Assembly: GCA_963796275.1 (NCBI GenBank)
Contig: CAWCKY010000002.1
Location: forward strand, 320,001-384,000
Source: an uncultured Acidobacteriota bacterium
GTDB taxonomy: Bacteria; Acidobacteriota; Blastocatellia; RBC074
Length of the DNA stretch: 64,000 bases
Reading direction: 5' to 3'
Below, one piece after another: positions 47,867-58,489 of this stretch. A program made the position numbers and the translations under genes. The notes beneath the pieces are model-generated. The model saw nothing but the letters and a program-made list of their open reading frames with translations. It ran no database searches and was not told the origin of the DNA. Every line of letters begins with the position of its first letter. Positions within the stretch are counted from its first letter, which is position 1.

Positions 47867-49297
47867 CTACACCAGATCGGTAATTACACTGCCGCGTATC
47901 TCTGTCAGACGTTCCTCGCGACCCTGGTGCAGGTAGCTCAATGCATCCTGACTTAGCCCCAACTGATGCAGGATCGTCGTATGGATATCGCGAAAATGAA
48001 CCGGTTTCTCCACCGCTCGCAGACCTATCTCATCTGTAGCGCCGTATACCTGTCCTCGCCGAATACCGCCGCCCGCCATCAGCATGGTGAAGCCCAGATT
48101 GTGGTGGTCGCGCCCTTTGCTTCCCTGCGATTCGGGCGAACGACCGAATTCTCCCCCAATCAAAACCAGCGTTGAATCGAGCAGTCCGCGCCGTTTTAGA
48201 TCCGTGAGCAGCGCAGCCATAGGCTGGTCAGTCTGTGCGGCCATGCGAAGATGGTTCTCCTCTATATCGTCATGCGCGTCCCATTGCAGATTCCCAGTGC
48301 CACCGCCCGAGACCGGACAGACGAACCGCACTCCCTTTTCGACAAGTCGCCGCGCGAGCAGACAACGCCTGCCGTAATCGTCCGTCGGCTTCTTTCCGAT
48401 GCCGTACAGATCGAGGGTCTCCTGCGGTTCGTTCGAGAGGTCGAATATTTCCGGCGCTTCTGTCTGCATCTTGAACGCGAGGTCGTATGCGTTGAGACGT
48501 GCAGAGAATTCCGCATCGTCCGGATCCATATCGAGTTGATTAAGCTGTTTCAGAAGTCCGAGCGTTTTGCGTCGCTCACTCAGCGAAATACCTTTCGGCA
48601 GATCCAAATTCAACACCGGACGGTCGCCCGGGCGGAAGAGGGTTGGCTGATAGATCGACGGTAGAAACCCATTGGCGTACATAGGTGCTCCGGCCTCCTG
48701 AGCTCCCATTGGATCGGGCAGCACGACGTAGGCCGGCAGCGACTCGGCTTCCGATCCCAGACCGTAGATCACCCAGGAACCCATGCTCGGAAATCCGGGT
48801 ATTACTCTGCCCGTGAATAATTGGTATTGCGCGGCGGAGTGAACCACCATGTCGCCATGACACGATCTGATGATCGCCATGTCATCCACGCGTTGTGCGA
48901 GGTGTGGGAATAGATCCGAGACTTCGATTCCGCTTTCGCCATACTTCTTGAACGTGCGCTTCGTGCCCAGCAGCTTGGCTTCATTGGTCACAAACTGATA
49001 TTTCGCTTCACCGAAACTCGCGGGGCGCTTCTGACCATGCAATTTATTCAGCAGGGGTTTGGGGTCGAAGGTCTCCAGGTGGCTGGGACCGCCGCTGAGA
49101 AAGAGGAAGATTACCGACTTGGCCTTGGCAGGCATGAGCGGTTGCTTGGGCGCCAGTGGATTCTCCTGTTGAATTATGGATTGGGCGCGCGCCTGTTCCT
49201 GCGCGATCAGTGCGCCAAACGCCAACGCGCCAAATCCACCGCAAGCATCGCGCAGAAATTCCCGCCGGTTGCGAGTGATGCGAATATGCTCAGTCAT
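47867..49297 (-). CDS. DUF1501 domain protein with a Tat-like signal
   Basis: RREFL, FLSGGPSHLETFDPKP, PSMGSW, LARRLVEKGVRFV, WDAH, GEFGRSP, GRDHH. Confidence 0.92.
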   Translation of the reverse strand: MTEHIRITRNRREFLRDACGGFGALAFGALIAQEQARAQSIIQQENPLAPKQPLMPAKAKSVIFLFLSGGPSHLETFDPKPLLNKLHGQKRPASFGEAKYQFVTNEAKLLGTKRTFKKYGESGIEVSDLFPHLAQRVDDMAIIRSCHGDMVVHSAAQYQLFTGRVIPGFPSMGSWVIYGLGSEAESLPAYVVLPDPMGAQEAGAPMYANGFLPSIYQPTLFRPGDRPVLNLDLPKGISLSERRKTLGLLKQLNQLDMDPDDAEFSARLNAYDLAFKMQTEAPEIFDLSNEPQETLDLYGIGKKPTDDYGRRCLLARRLVEKGVRFVCPVSGGGTGNLQWDAHDDIEENHLRMAAQTDQPMAALLTDLKRRGLLDSTLVLIGGEFGRSPESQGSKGRDHHNLGFTMLMAGGGIRRGQVYGATDEIGLRAVEKPVHFRDIHTTILHQLGLSQDALSYLHQGREERLTEIRGSVITDLV

Positions 49298-49382
49298 GGT
49301 AGCCTTCCTTTCCTTCTTCTATGCCAAATCACATATGACAATTCACAAGAAATCGTTTCTCGGGTTTTATTGATCCTCTATG

Positions 49383-51428
49383 TCAATTCACATACAAAAA
49401 GGAGTTCAAATTCAAGAGCGTCAGTGTGAACTCACGCCTCGGTTGAGTCTTCAGGAAATCCAGAGCCGCTTGAATTTCTTTGGGTCTGGCTGGGCGTCCG
49501 GTTACAAGCCGGTATCCCAGATCGATTTGCTGACGTAGATGGGGCCCGGCCTCCGCTTCCAGTCGGCGGGCGAACGCCTCGGCCTGCTCGTTGGCGAAGG
49601 TCCCGTTGAGCAGTTCCAGCGCCTGCGGCGCGTGCGTACTCGATTCTCGCCGCGGGCAACTCACCTGCATATCCGGCGCATCGAAGACCTCCATAAAGGG
49701 CAGCCGCAGATTTCGTTTGGCGATCAGATAAATACTGCGGCGGGTGTGCTCAGCAGGATCTTTCGCGGGCGCCCATTGAGATGGTTTGTAAAGCATTTTG
49801 ACTAGTTCCTGATCGATCGGAACCATCACGCTCGGGCCACCCTGTTTGGTGTTGAGAGTTCCCGCCACTGTCAGCATCGCATCGCGAATCTGTTCCGCTT
49901 CCAGACGCTGACGATTGAATCTCCATAAGAGTTTGTTCTCAGGGTCCTTCTCCATCGCCCGCGCCTTGAGAGCCGCGTCAGCCGGTAGTCTGGAAGATTG
50001 TTGATATGTGTTGCTGTTCAGGATAAGCCGGTGAATCTGCTTGATGCTGAAGCCTCCGGAGACGAATTCGTTCGCCAGATAATCGAGTAAAGCGGGATGC
50101 GATGGGCGGCCTCCCATCCGGCCGAAATCATTGGGAGTCGCGACGATTCCGCGACCGAAATGGTACTGCCATATCCGGTTCACCAATACCCGTGCGGTCA
50201 GTGGGTTTTCCGGGGCGGAGATCCATTTGGCGAGCACTGTGCGAGGTTTTTCGGTGTCCTCCGGCAACTCTGGCGCTCCCTCCGGAAGCAATACGCCGAG
50301 CGGACGCATTCCCACTCGATCACCTTTGAGGCTGTAGTCGCCTCGCTCCAACAGATGTATGGGTGACTTCTTCTCCGGCATATCGACGACGCTGTGAAGC
50401 GCGGGCAACGGCTCCGGCATTTTATCCTGTAAGGTCTCCAGCTTTTTCGTCAGGGTTTCTTTCATGTCGAGCGAGGCCGCATCCTGCTTGCCTCCCAGCC
50501 GTTTTATGGCAGCCGTGACGGTTTTCATCTCCTGCTCGATCGGCTCCGCTCTGGCTTTCCATGCCGCTTGTTGTTCGGGAGTTGCCTTCAACACGTCCTT
50601 GTCATAGACGGTGGCGAAATATGCTTGAATACGATAGTAATCGCTCTGGCGGATAGGGTCGAATTTGTGATTGTGACAGCGAGCGCACCCCAAGGTCACG
50701 CCGAGCAGGGCCGCCCCGACAGCGTTGGTCATCTCGGTCAACACCTCGTTTCGGCTGCTCGCCACCTCCTGATTTCCCGCGTTTTTCCGAAGAGGACCCA
50801 GTCGGTTGAAACCGGAGGCGATCAGCGCATCATCCTTATATTCCGGCTGAACATCAGGCGCTGGTCCGATTTCGTCACCGGCCAGCTGCTCCATCACGAA
50901 GCGATCGAAAGGTTTGTCGTCATTGAAGGCGCGAATAACGTAATCACGATACCGCCAGGCTTCTCTCCGATGCGTGTCGTACTCGAATCCATCCGATTCG
51001 GCAAAGCGAACGACGTCTAGCCAATGCTGCCCCCAACGCTCGCCGTAATGCGGATTGGACAGGAGTTTCTCTACCAGGTTTTTCCAGGCGTTCGGCGATT
51101 TATCGGCGAGGAACTCCTCGACCTCGCTAGGCGATGGCGGAAGACCGATCATGTCAAAGTAAACGCGCCTGATCAGCGTCGCCCTATCGGCGCGCGGGGA
51201 AGGTCTGAGCTTATCCTTCTCCAGTCGCTGTAATATAAAAGCGTCGATGGGATTCTTCACCCAATCATTATCGGAAGCGATAGAAAACGCCGGAACGACA
51301 GGCGCATCCCGTTTCACGAAAGCCCAATGCCCTCGCTCGCGTTGAGTATATGTTCCGAGCGGGGCGATCTCCGAAGCCATCGCCAGCGAGACCAGCATAA
51401 CCATACAAACAAACAGTTTTAAGCGCAT
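49383..51428 (-). CDS. DUF1549/DUF1553 (PSCyt/PSD1) domain protein with CxxCH
   Basis: HWAF, NPIDAFI, YGERWGQHWLDVVRFAES, CARCHNHKFDP, RVLVNRIWQYHFGRG, QALELLN; probable start is ATG 51428. Confidence 0.92.
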   Translation of the reverse strand: MRLKLFVCMVMLVSLAMASEIAPLGTYTQRERGHWAFVKRDAPVVPAFSIASDNDWVKNPIDAFILQRLEKDKLRPSPRADRATLIRRVYFDMIGLPPSPSEVEEFLADKSPNAWKNLVEKLLSNPHYGERWGQHWLDVVRFAESDGFEYDTHRREAWRYRDYVIRAFNDDKPFDRFVMEQLAGDEIGPAPDVQPEYKDDALIASGFNRLGPLRKNAGNQEVASSRNEVLTEMTNAVGAALLGVTLGCARCHNHKFDPIRQSDYYRIQAYFATVYDKDVLKATPEQQAAWKARAEPIEQEMKTVTAAIKRLGGKQDAASLDMKETLTKKLETLQDKMPEPLPALHSVVDMPEKKSPIHLLERGDYSLKGDRVGMRPLGVLLPEGAPELPEDTEKPRTVLAKWISAPENPLTARVLVNRIWQYHFGRGIVATPNDFGRMGGRPSHPALLDYLANEFVSGGFSIKQIHRLILNSNTYQQSSRLPADAALKARAMEKDPENKLLWRFNRQRLEAEQIRDAMLTVAGTLNTKQGGPSVMVPIDQELVKMLYKPSQWAPAKDPAEHTRRSIYLIAKRNLRLPFMEVFDAPDMQVSCPRRESSTHAPQALELLNGTFANEQAEAFARRLEAEAGPHLRQQIDLGYRLVTGRPARPKEIQAALDFLKTQPRREFTLTLLNLNSFLYVN

Positions 51429-51869
51429 CGCAGCCCCTCCGTCGTTTGTCTTCAAATGAATAAGAAAGCTTCTATCTTGGGAATTACGTTCATAATATTG
51501 TGCCAGGCGCCCGTAAGTCAATTTTTATGAAGAAGAAGAAATCGATATAGCTCTAGGTTCGCGAGCCCATCGGCGAGAATCCGCCATTACCGATTGCCAA
51601 GAACGCTTCCAGCTTCCCTTCTCTCGATCGATGACGGACACCATTAGCCCAATCGCCGAAACAACCTCTAGTCGAGTGAACTGGCACACTGAGACATAAA
51701 TCGCGCGCTTTCTTTGTCATTAGTCGATTTATTCGCTCGCTATCGAATCAAATGCAGGACTAATTCGGGTGAATCCCAGAGGATTAGCATTCTGTTACTT
51801 GCGGGAAGTCTCGCGATGTGATACAAGGACGCCCCAAACCGAACATCTTCAAGACATCTTCAATCTTCG

Positions 51870-54800
51870 ATGGGGGGCTTTATGCGATATTTCGCCTGCA
51901 TCGTGGCACTCTTGCTCAATAGTGTCCTCGCTACCGCTCAGGACACAAGGGGCAATATTTCCGGAACCGTCGCCGATTCACAAGGCGCCGTAATCTCGGG
52001 GGCAACCGTTGTCATCTCCAACACTGGCACCGGAACCTCCACTCGCCTTACTACCAACTCCAGCGGCTATTATGAAGCGCCTTTATTGCTGCCAGGCACC
52101 TACAGCGTCGTAGTCGAGAACACTGGCTTCAAACGATCCGTGCGCTCCGGTTTGACTCTCGCGCTGGGCGAGCAGCTGCAGATCAATATTCAACTCGAAC
52201 TCGGCGCGACCACGGACTCCGTCAATATCTCCGCCGAAGCGCCTTTGCTCGATACCAGCAGCGTCAGCACCGGCCGGGCCATATCTCACCGCGAGGTCAT
52301 GGATATGCCGGTACTCGGCAACAACATCATGATGCTCTCCCGAATAGCGCCCGGCGTTCAGGTTCCCGGCACGACACAGTTCCTCGTTCAGGGCCAGGTA
52401 GGCGGCGGGTCGCAATACAATGCGCCCGGCGGGGTCGGCGGCAACGAATGGTCGATTGATGGCGCGTCCACCAACGGCACCGACCGGCGCGTCTCGATCA
52501 TGCCGAGCCCCGATACCATCGACGAGTTCAAGATCGAAACATCGAACTTCGATGCATCCTTCGGCCATTCCACGGGTCTCAACATCTCCATGTCCAGTAA
52601 ATCCGGATCCAACGCAATTCATGGCACCGGAACCTTTCAATATTTCAACCAGAAATGGAACGCCGCGCCCTTTTTCGTCAAGCAGAACCGCGCTCAACAG
52701 ATTGCCGCGGCACGGGCTGACGGCAACCTGGCACTGGCCAACGACCTGGAAGATCGCCCTCTGTTGCCACCCGGGCAGATGCGTAACTATCACGCCACAC
52801 TCAGCGGTCCCATCTACATTCCCAAACTTTTAGATGGCCGCAACAAGTTATTCTTCTTCTTCGGATTCTCGGAGCTTAAGAATCGTCAGTCCGCCAGGCC
52901 AAATGAGCTGAACTATACGGTTCCGACCGAGGCAATGCGAAATGGCGACTTCTCGGAGCTTCTCGCCATCGATAAAGTCCGCTACCAGATCTACGATCCC
53001 CTAACCATCAAGCCCGACACGGCGCGCCCCGGTCACTTTATTCGGGATCCCTTCATTGGCAATATCATCCCACGCAGTCGGTTCAATAACCCGTTCTACG
53101 ATTTCTATACGCAGCGAATGCCGTTACCGAACGCTCCCATCTCCTCTACCGGTGAGCCTGTAAATAACTATATCGCATCAGGTATGCCTAACACCGTCGA
53201 CTACCGCTCCTTCAACAACCGCATCGACTACCAGGCGAGTGAGAAACATCGCTTCTTTGTCCGCTGGTTCAAGAGCAGCTTCCTTGAGGGAGCGCAGGAC
53301 TTCACTTATTCGACCGAACCGGGCTTGATGAACTGGGACGAGAAACGCCCGGCCTACACGGCGGCCGCAGACTGGACATACACACTGAGTCCGACCACAA
53401 TTCTGAATCTCACCGTCAACACCAATGGCTTTCTACTGCAGAATCAGCGGCTCGGCACACGAAAATACAAACCCAGCGACGTCGGTCTTCCCGCATATCT
53501 CGACGCCAAATGCGGCGACAGTTGCGTCCTGCCCAGGATCATCTGGCCGGGTATGCCCTACTGGGGCGGCGATATGATCATGAGTACGCCTGTCGACCCC
53601 GGACAGAAAGGCCGGCAGCAGGGACTGAAATTCAACACCACCCACATCCGCGGATCGCATTCGATCCGCACGGGTATCGACTTCCGGCAGCATTACCGCA
53701 CGCTGATTCAGAACGGCGGCTTCACTTCGGGAAACTTCACCTTTTCGAACACCTTTGTCAGAAAGGATGAGGACGGCAATACGCCGGCCGCAGCTGTCGG
53801 CCTGGACTGGGCAGCTTTTATGCTCGGTATACCCAGCAATATGTCGGTCGATACCAACGACACCTACGCACTCTTCAGCCCTTACTATGCCTGGTACGGG
53901 CAGGATACGTGGAGGGTCAACCGCAATCTCACGATAACACTCGGCCTGCGCATGGAGTACGAGCGCGGCGCGACCGAGCGCTATAATCGAGCCATCTCTT
54001 ACTTTGATCCTAATCTCGAGCTGCCGATTTCCGCTGCCGCTGAAGCGGCCTACGCGAGTAACCCGATTCTCGAGCTTCCAGCCAGCGAGTTTGTAGTTCG
54101 CGGCGGATCTGTCTATGCGGGGCGTAACGGTGCGCCGCGCGAGCTTTGGCAGAGCGAGCTGATGTGGCTTCCCCGCATCTCCGCCGCCTGGCAGCTCGGC
54201 GCCAAAACCGTCCTTCGTGGCGGCTATGGTATCTACTACGATACTCTCAACGTCATGAACACGGCCGTCGACCAGTACGGTTTCGCGCGCGCCACCAGCA
54301 CTCAGATATCCGATAATGCCGGATTAACCTGGCTTGCCGGCGATCCCGAGAACGGTATCTCTCCGCTCGTAGATCCTTTCCCGATCCGTGCCAATGGAAC
54401 GCGTTTCGACGTTCCTCTGCAGGACGCGCTCGGAGCAATGGCCCGCGTGGGCCAGGGCTTCACTTTCGGGCGTTACGATCGGGTGCATCCGCGCGTGCAG
54501 CGCTGGCGGATCGGCGTTCAGCGGGAGCTTGGCGCGAACATGCTCGTCGAAGCCTCATACTGGGGCCAATACGGCGACAGGCTGTTCTCCTCACAGGCTC
54601 TGCCCCTCGATGCGCTGCCGGCTCAATTCTGGAACAGAACCAATTCGCGCAACGAAGCATTAGCATCCAACCTGACTCAGCGGGTGTCGAATCCATTCCA
54701 CATCAGTAACTTCGAATCGATTCGGAGTTCCGATCCGGTGCTCTACCAGCATATGTCCACGCTCGGCATGTTCACCAGCAGAGATATCCCCAGGAATAGA

Positions 54801-55562
54801 CTGATGCGTCCGTTCCCTCACATGAACGGCTTGTTCGACTCGGCGAGCAACATCGGCTCGGCTCGGACGCATGCTCTCGAGCTCAACTTCCAGCGCCGGT
54901 TCGCCCGGGGCTTCATGCTGAACGCATCTTATACACGCATGCTCCAGGAGAATCGCACGTTCCTCGATAACGAATTCGATACTGAGCCGACGATCTGGTA
55001 TCCGAGCGATACCGCTCGCCCGCATCGCTTCACTGCCAGCGGCATCTATGAACTGCCCTTCGGAAAGGGCCGCGCCTATTTTCAGACGGGAATCCTGAAT
55101 CACATCTTCGGCGGATGGCAGGTAGCCGCCACTTATGAGTTCCAGACCGGTCCCCTGCTCGAGTGGCCGAATCTTTTCTATAATGGAGACATCAGTACAT
55201 TCGAAAGGGATGCCACATCCGGCACTAAGAATTGGGATCAGTGGTTCAATACTTCGCTTCCCTTTGAGCGCGAGGTCCCCAGCCAACCGGCTGGATTCCA
55301 GGCGCGCGTCTTCCCGCGGTTCTTCAACGGCACGCGCGCCGATGGGCTCAACCAGTGGAACGCTAATCTTCTTCGCCGGTTTAATATCACTGAGCGTTTC
55401 CGCCTCGAGCTCCGCGGCGATTTCATCAACCTTCAGAATCGTTCCCAGATGAATCCGCCTAATCTCAACCCAATATCGACCAACCCTAACTTTGGCCGGA
55501 TCACCAGCCAGACAGGATCACTGAGTCGCTTCATTCAGGTTCAGTTAAGATTACAATTTTGA
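51870..55562 (+). CDS. TonB-dependent receptor (Oar-like)
   Basis: Signal peptide, GTVADSQGAVISGA, terminal RFIQVQLRLQF; the start may be 51882. Confidence 0.92.
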   Translation: MGGFMRYFACIVALLLNSVLATAQDTRGNISGTVADSQGAVISGATVVISNTGTGTSTRLTTNSSGYYEAPLLLPGTYSVVVENTGFKRSVRSGLTLALGEQLQINIQLELGATTDSVNISAEAPLLDTSSVSTGRAISHREVMDMPVLGNNIMMLSRIAPGVQVPGTTQFLVQGQVGGGSQYNAPGGVGGNEWSIDGASTNGTDRRVSIMPSPDTIDEFKIETSNFDASFGHSTGLNISMSSKSGSNAIHGTGTFQYFNQKWNAAPFFVKQNRAQQIAAARADGNLALANDLEDRPLLPPGQMRNYHATLSGPIYIPKLLDGRNKLFFFFGFSELKNRQSARPNELNYTVPTEAMRNGDFSELLAIDKVRYQIYDPLTIKPDTARPGHFIRDPFIGNIIPRSRFNNPFYDFYTQRMPLPNAPISSTGEPVNNYIASGMPNTVDYRSFNNRIDYQASEKHRFFVRWFKSSFLEGAQDFTYSTEPGLMNWDEKRPAYTAAADWTYTLSPTTILNLTVNTNGFLLQNQRLGTRKYKPSDVGLPAYLDAKCGDSCVLPRIIWPGMPYWGGDMIMSTPVDPGQKGRQQGLKFNTTHIRGSHSIRTGIDFRQHYRTLIQNGGFTSGNFTFSNTFVRKDEDGNTPAAAVGLDWAAFMLGIPSNMSVDTNDTYALFSPYYAWYGQDTWRVNRNLTITLGLRMEYERGATERYNRAISYFDPNLELPISAAAEAAYASNPILELPASEFVVRGGSVYAGRNGAPRELWQSELMWLPRISAAWQLGAKTVLRGGYGIYYDTLNVMNTAVDQYGFARATSTQISDNAGLTWLAGDPENGISPLVDPFPIRANGTRFDVPLQDALGAMARVGQGFTFGRYDRVHPRVQRWRIGVQRELGANMLVEASYWGQYGDRLFSSQALPLDALPAQFWNRTNSRNEALASNLTQRVSNPFHISNFESIRSSDPVLYQHMSTLGMFTSRDIPRNRLMRPFPHMNGLFDSASNIGSARTHALELNFQRRFARGFMLNASYTRMLQENRTFLDNEFDTEPTIWYPSDTARPHRFTASGIYELPFGKGRAYFQTGILNHIFGGWQVAATYEFQTGPLLEWPNLFYNGDISTFERDATSGTKNWDQWFNTSLPFEREVPSQPAGFQARVFPRFFNGTRADGLNQWNANLLRRFNITERFRLELRGDFINLQNRSQMNPPNLNPISTNPNFGRITSQTGSLSRFIQVQLRLQF

Positions 55563-55583
55563 AGAGGAGGTTACCGTAACTTT

Positions 55584-56801
55584 ATGTCGCTTTCGAAATT
55601 AGATCGCCGCACCTGGCTCCGCTCCATGCTCGGGCCAGCTGCGCTGTTCGGCCTCAATGGAGCGCTTCTGCCCAGGCGAACCAATGCTGCTGCGCTCGGG
55701 CAGAAGGAGCAGATCAAGGTCACGAAGATCGAATCATTCGTGCTCAAAAATTCCTGGGTCTTCGTCAAAATCTCTACCGACGCTGGAATTGTGGGCTGGG
55801 GTGAGATGCTCAAAGACGATGCGAAGGCCTGTGCGGCCGGAGCGCTCGAAGTCGGCGATTACCTGATCGGGCAGGATCCTACGCGCGTCGCACATCACTG
55901 GCAGGCGATCCATCGCGGCGCGTTCTATCGCGGCGGCCCCATCAAAACCGCAATCTCGAGCGGCATCGATCAGGCACTCTGGGATATCACCGGAAAAGTC
56001 TACGGCGTGCCCGTCTATAAGCTGCTCGGCGGTCCGACGCGCGATCGAATGCGCGTCTACGGACGACTCGACGAAAAGACCGGCGTTAACGCCATGAAGG
56101 TACTGCTGCGCGGCAACACGCGAGCGCCGTTCAAGTACAACGAAGGTATGAAGTTTGTCGAGGAAGTCGTCGAGCGTTTCAAGGCACTCCGCACAAAAGT
56201 GGGCATCGGCGTCGATATCGGCGTCGAATTCCACGGCGCCATTCAGCCGCCCACCGCAATGGTACTGATGAAGGCTCTAGAACCTTATCACCCATGGTTT
56301 TACGAAGAGATCGTCCAGGCACTGAATGTCGACATCATGGCCGAACTCGCCCGCAAAACCCATATCCCGATCGCGACCGGTGAGCGCATCTTTACCAAGT
56401 GGGGATTCAGAGAGATACTCGAAAAACGCGCTGCCGTTATTCTACAACCCGATGTGTGCTATGCCGGCGGCATCACCGAGCTCAAAGTGATCGCGGGAAT
56501 GGCCGAAGCCTATTACGCACCCCTTGCTCCCCACAATCCGCAAGGACCGTGCTCGCTTGCAGCCAGTCTTCAAATCGCCGCCGCGATTCCCAACTTCCTG
56601 ATTCAGGAGCGCGGCGATAACGAGTACTCAGACCTGCTCGCCAAGCCTCTGCCTCCTGTTACAAATGGTCATCGCCCCCTCCTGACCGAGCCCGGTCTCG
56701 GGATCGTTATCGACGAAAACAAGTTGATGGCCCAGGTTGGCGAACCGCGGCCTTACCGTACTCAGTACGACGACGACGACGGATCCGTGGTCGACTGGTA
56801 G
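55584..56801 (+). CDS. dgoD: Galactonate dehydratase-like enolase-superfamily enzyme with a twin-arginine N-terminus
   Basis: FVKISTDAGIVGWGE, FYRGGP, SGIDQALWDITGK, EFHG, EE, ATGER, QPD, PHNPQGP, DGSVVDW; N-terminal DRRTWL. Substrate not proven. Confidence 0.75.
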   Translation: MSLSKLDRRTWLRSMLGPAALFGLNGALLPRRTNAAALGQKEQIKVTKIESFVLKNSWVFVKISTDAGIVGWGEMLKDDAKACAAGALEVGDYLIGQDPTRVAHHWQAIHRGAFYRGGPIKTAISSGIDQALWDITGKVYGVPVYKLLGGPTRDRMRVYGRLDEKTGVNAMKVLLRGNTRAPFKYNEGMKFVEEVVERFKALRTKVGIGVDIGVEFHGAIQPPTAMVLMKALEPYHPWFYEEIVQALNVDIMAELARKTHIPIATGERIFTKWGFREILEKRAAVILQPDVCYAGGITELKVIAGMAEAYYAPLAPHNPQGPCSLAASLQIAAAIPNFLIQERGDNEYSDLLAKPLPPVTNGHRPLLTEPGLGIVIDENKLMAQVGEPRPYRTQYDDDDGSVVDW

Positions 56802-57074
56802 TTGTCCGTTACTGAAGCTACTTGACAGCTTTTTACACATTACCGGCGCTGACGGATTTTGTGGTTGAGCATGTAACGTTGATGTAACGTTCTGTTAAAT
56901 CATTGAAAACACTATCGCATCTTCGATGGGCAAACAAAGCTGCGTTCGTGCGCAACAGTATATCCTTTATTTTCAGTACCCATGAATCAACCACAAATCC
57001 ATTAGCCTCAGATAAGCCATCTTTTCCCCCTATGTCATTGACACGGATTTTTCAATCTTCTATTTTCAGCAACT

Positions 57075-58142
57075 ATGGCGATTCTACCGTCAGAATATTT
57101 CTCATTAAGGTCACTTAGACGAACGGCGTGGATTTGGCTTGTCCTCACGAGCATTGGGGGATGGGGATGTGATTCAAGAGCAAACATTCTTCAACGTCGG
57201 CACTCAGGCGTGTTGCGCCAGGCAGAAAATCTCGGCCTCCCTATCAATATGAGCTCGGAAGAACTGGCTGCCCTGGAGCGGATGGGGCCGCTGCTGGACT
57301 CCGTGAGACTCGAGATGGATGGGATGAACGAACTGAGGGGAAAGATACAAAACATTCTGAGAGGGCTTGAGCTATTACGGAACGATACACTACATACAAA
57401 ACCCGGGATGGCGGCATTCAGAGGTACCTGGGATGCTATCACAACATCCTGGGGGGGAGCCGCACGAATGCTCCCGACTGATGCGGCGGTGGCGCTGGCT
57501 GCAGTTGAGACTTCATTTAGAAGCGCCAGCAACGCTCAGAGTTCGGCCAGCGGTCTATGGCAAATACTCAATCCTAAGCCTCCGCGGGGTGCACAAACAA
57601 AGTTCGGAAAACCAATCACTTATTGGCATCAGATATACAATGACTGTTTTGATAAGTTAGACAGCATAGAGAATCGTGAACTTAGAAAGCACACGGCCGG
57701 TATGTTAGCCCACTGGCTCAATAATGCTCGAAACGTCGATCAGGCTCCCGGCGCGCAAAATCTGCAGGATATCAAAGTTCCGCTCATCATCGCCCAATAT
57801 TTAAATGGACCATCGATACTAAGCAATAGATCAACAGAGCGCTCCATTCGCATCATTACACAAGCTGGCGCAATCGGAAAAAATCCTCCACCGCGTATAT
57901 ATGTGGCTCGATATGCCGTGTACCTGGCTATCATACGCGCATACAATGAGCATACGCAGACGGAGGGACTGAGCGTCGTTGATTCAAAAGTCCTGCTGGA
58001 AGAACGGCCGATCTTTCAAAAACAGGTAAAAAAACATCTGTGGTGGGTATTGACCACACCTAATTTCGGGATCGATCTTCACCATCCTTCCGAGCCGACG
58101 ATGTTTGAGCAGGCGAAAGAATACATTACTGGATCTAAGTGA
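57075..58142 (+). CDS. Putative lipoprotein with a divergent lytic transglycosylase (SLT-like) domain
   Basis: Lipobox-like GWGC; AVETSF (catalytic Glu), ASGLWQI, AQYLNGP. Confidence 0.55.
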   Translation: MAILPSEYFSLRSLRRTAWIWLVLTSIGGWGCDSRANILQRRHSGVLRQAENLGLPINMSSEELAALERMGPLLDSVRLEMDGMNELRGKIQNILRGLELLRNDTLHTKPGMAAFRGTWDAITTSWGGAARMLPTDAAVALAAVETSFRSASNAQSSASGLWQILNPKPPRGAQTKFGKPITYWHQIYNDCFDKLDSIENRELRKHTAGMLAHWLNNARNVDQAPGAQNLQDIKVPLIIAQYLNGPSILSNRSTERSIRIITQAGAIGKNPPPRIYVARYAVYLAIIRAYNEHTQTEGLSVVDSKVLLEERPIFQKQVKKHLWWVLTTPNFGIDLHHPSEPTMFEQAKEYITGSK

Positions 58143-58216
58143 GTACCGGTAGCTTCAATACGATTCTCCAACTATACGAATGTTTGTTAGCATTATCCAC
58201 ACATAACTTGTAATTA

Positions 58217-58469
58217 TTGAAGAGTGTAAAAATAAAAGATCATTTAATCAATGTTATCGTTCCTGAGCACCAGAGGCGCGGGATGTTTATAGAACTCGTT
58301 CCCCCACAGTTCACAAGCTCCGGAGGAGGAGCGACATACAGGCATTCATATGCCGCTCCTCCTCCGGAGCTTGTGAGACTTGGGTAATCGAATGCTATAT
58401 ACATCGGGCTCCTCCGGAGCCAATCAGAAACTGTTGATAATAACCAACTTTATTTTGCACACTCCTCAA
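58217..58469. repeat. ~250-bp nested palindromic element (MITE/REPIN-like)
   Basis: Outer imperfect IR 58217-58238/58448-58469; middle IR 58267-58292/58395-58420; inner 23-bp perfect IR 58311-58333/58354-58376. Confidence 0.85.
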
Positions 58470-58489
58470 TTCTTTATACGTTGGCTCTT

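Noticed and set aside
51681-51697. TGGCAC as a sigma-54 promoter for the receptor at 51870
   Set aside because: There is no TTGC at the -12 position (it reads GACA).
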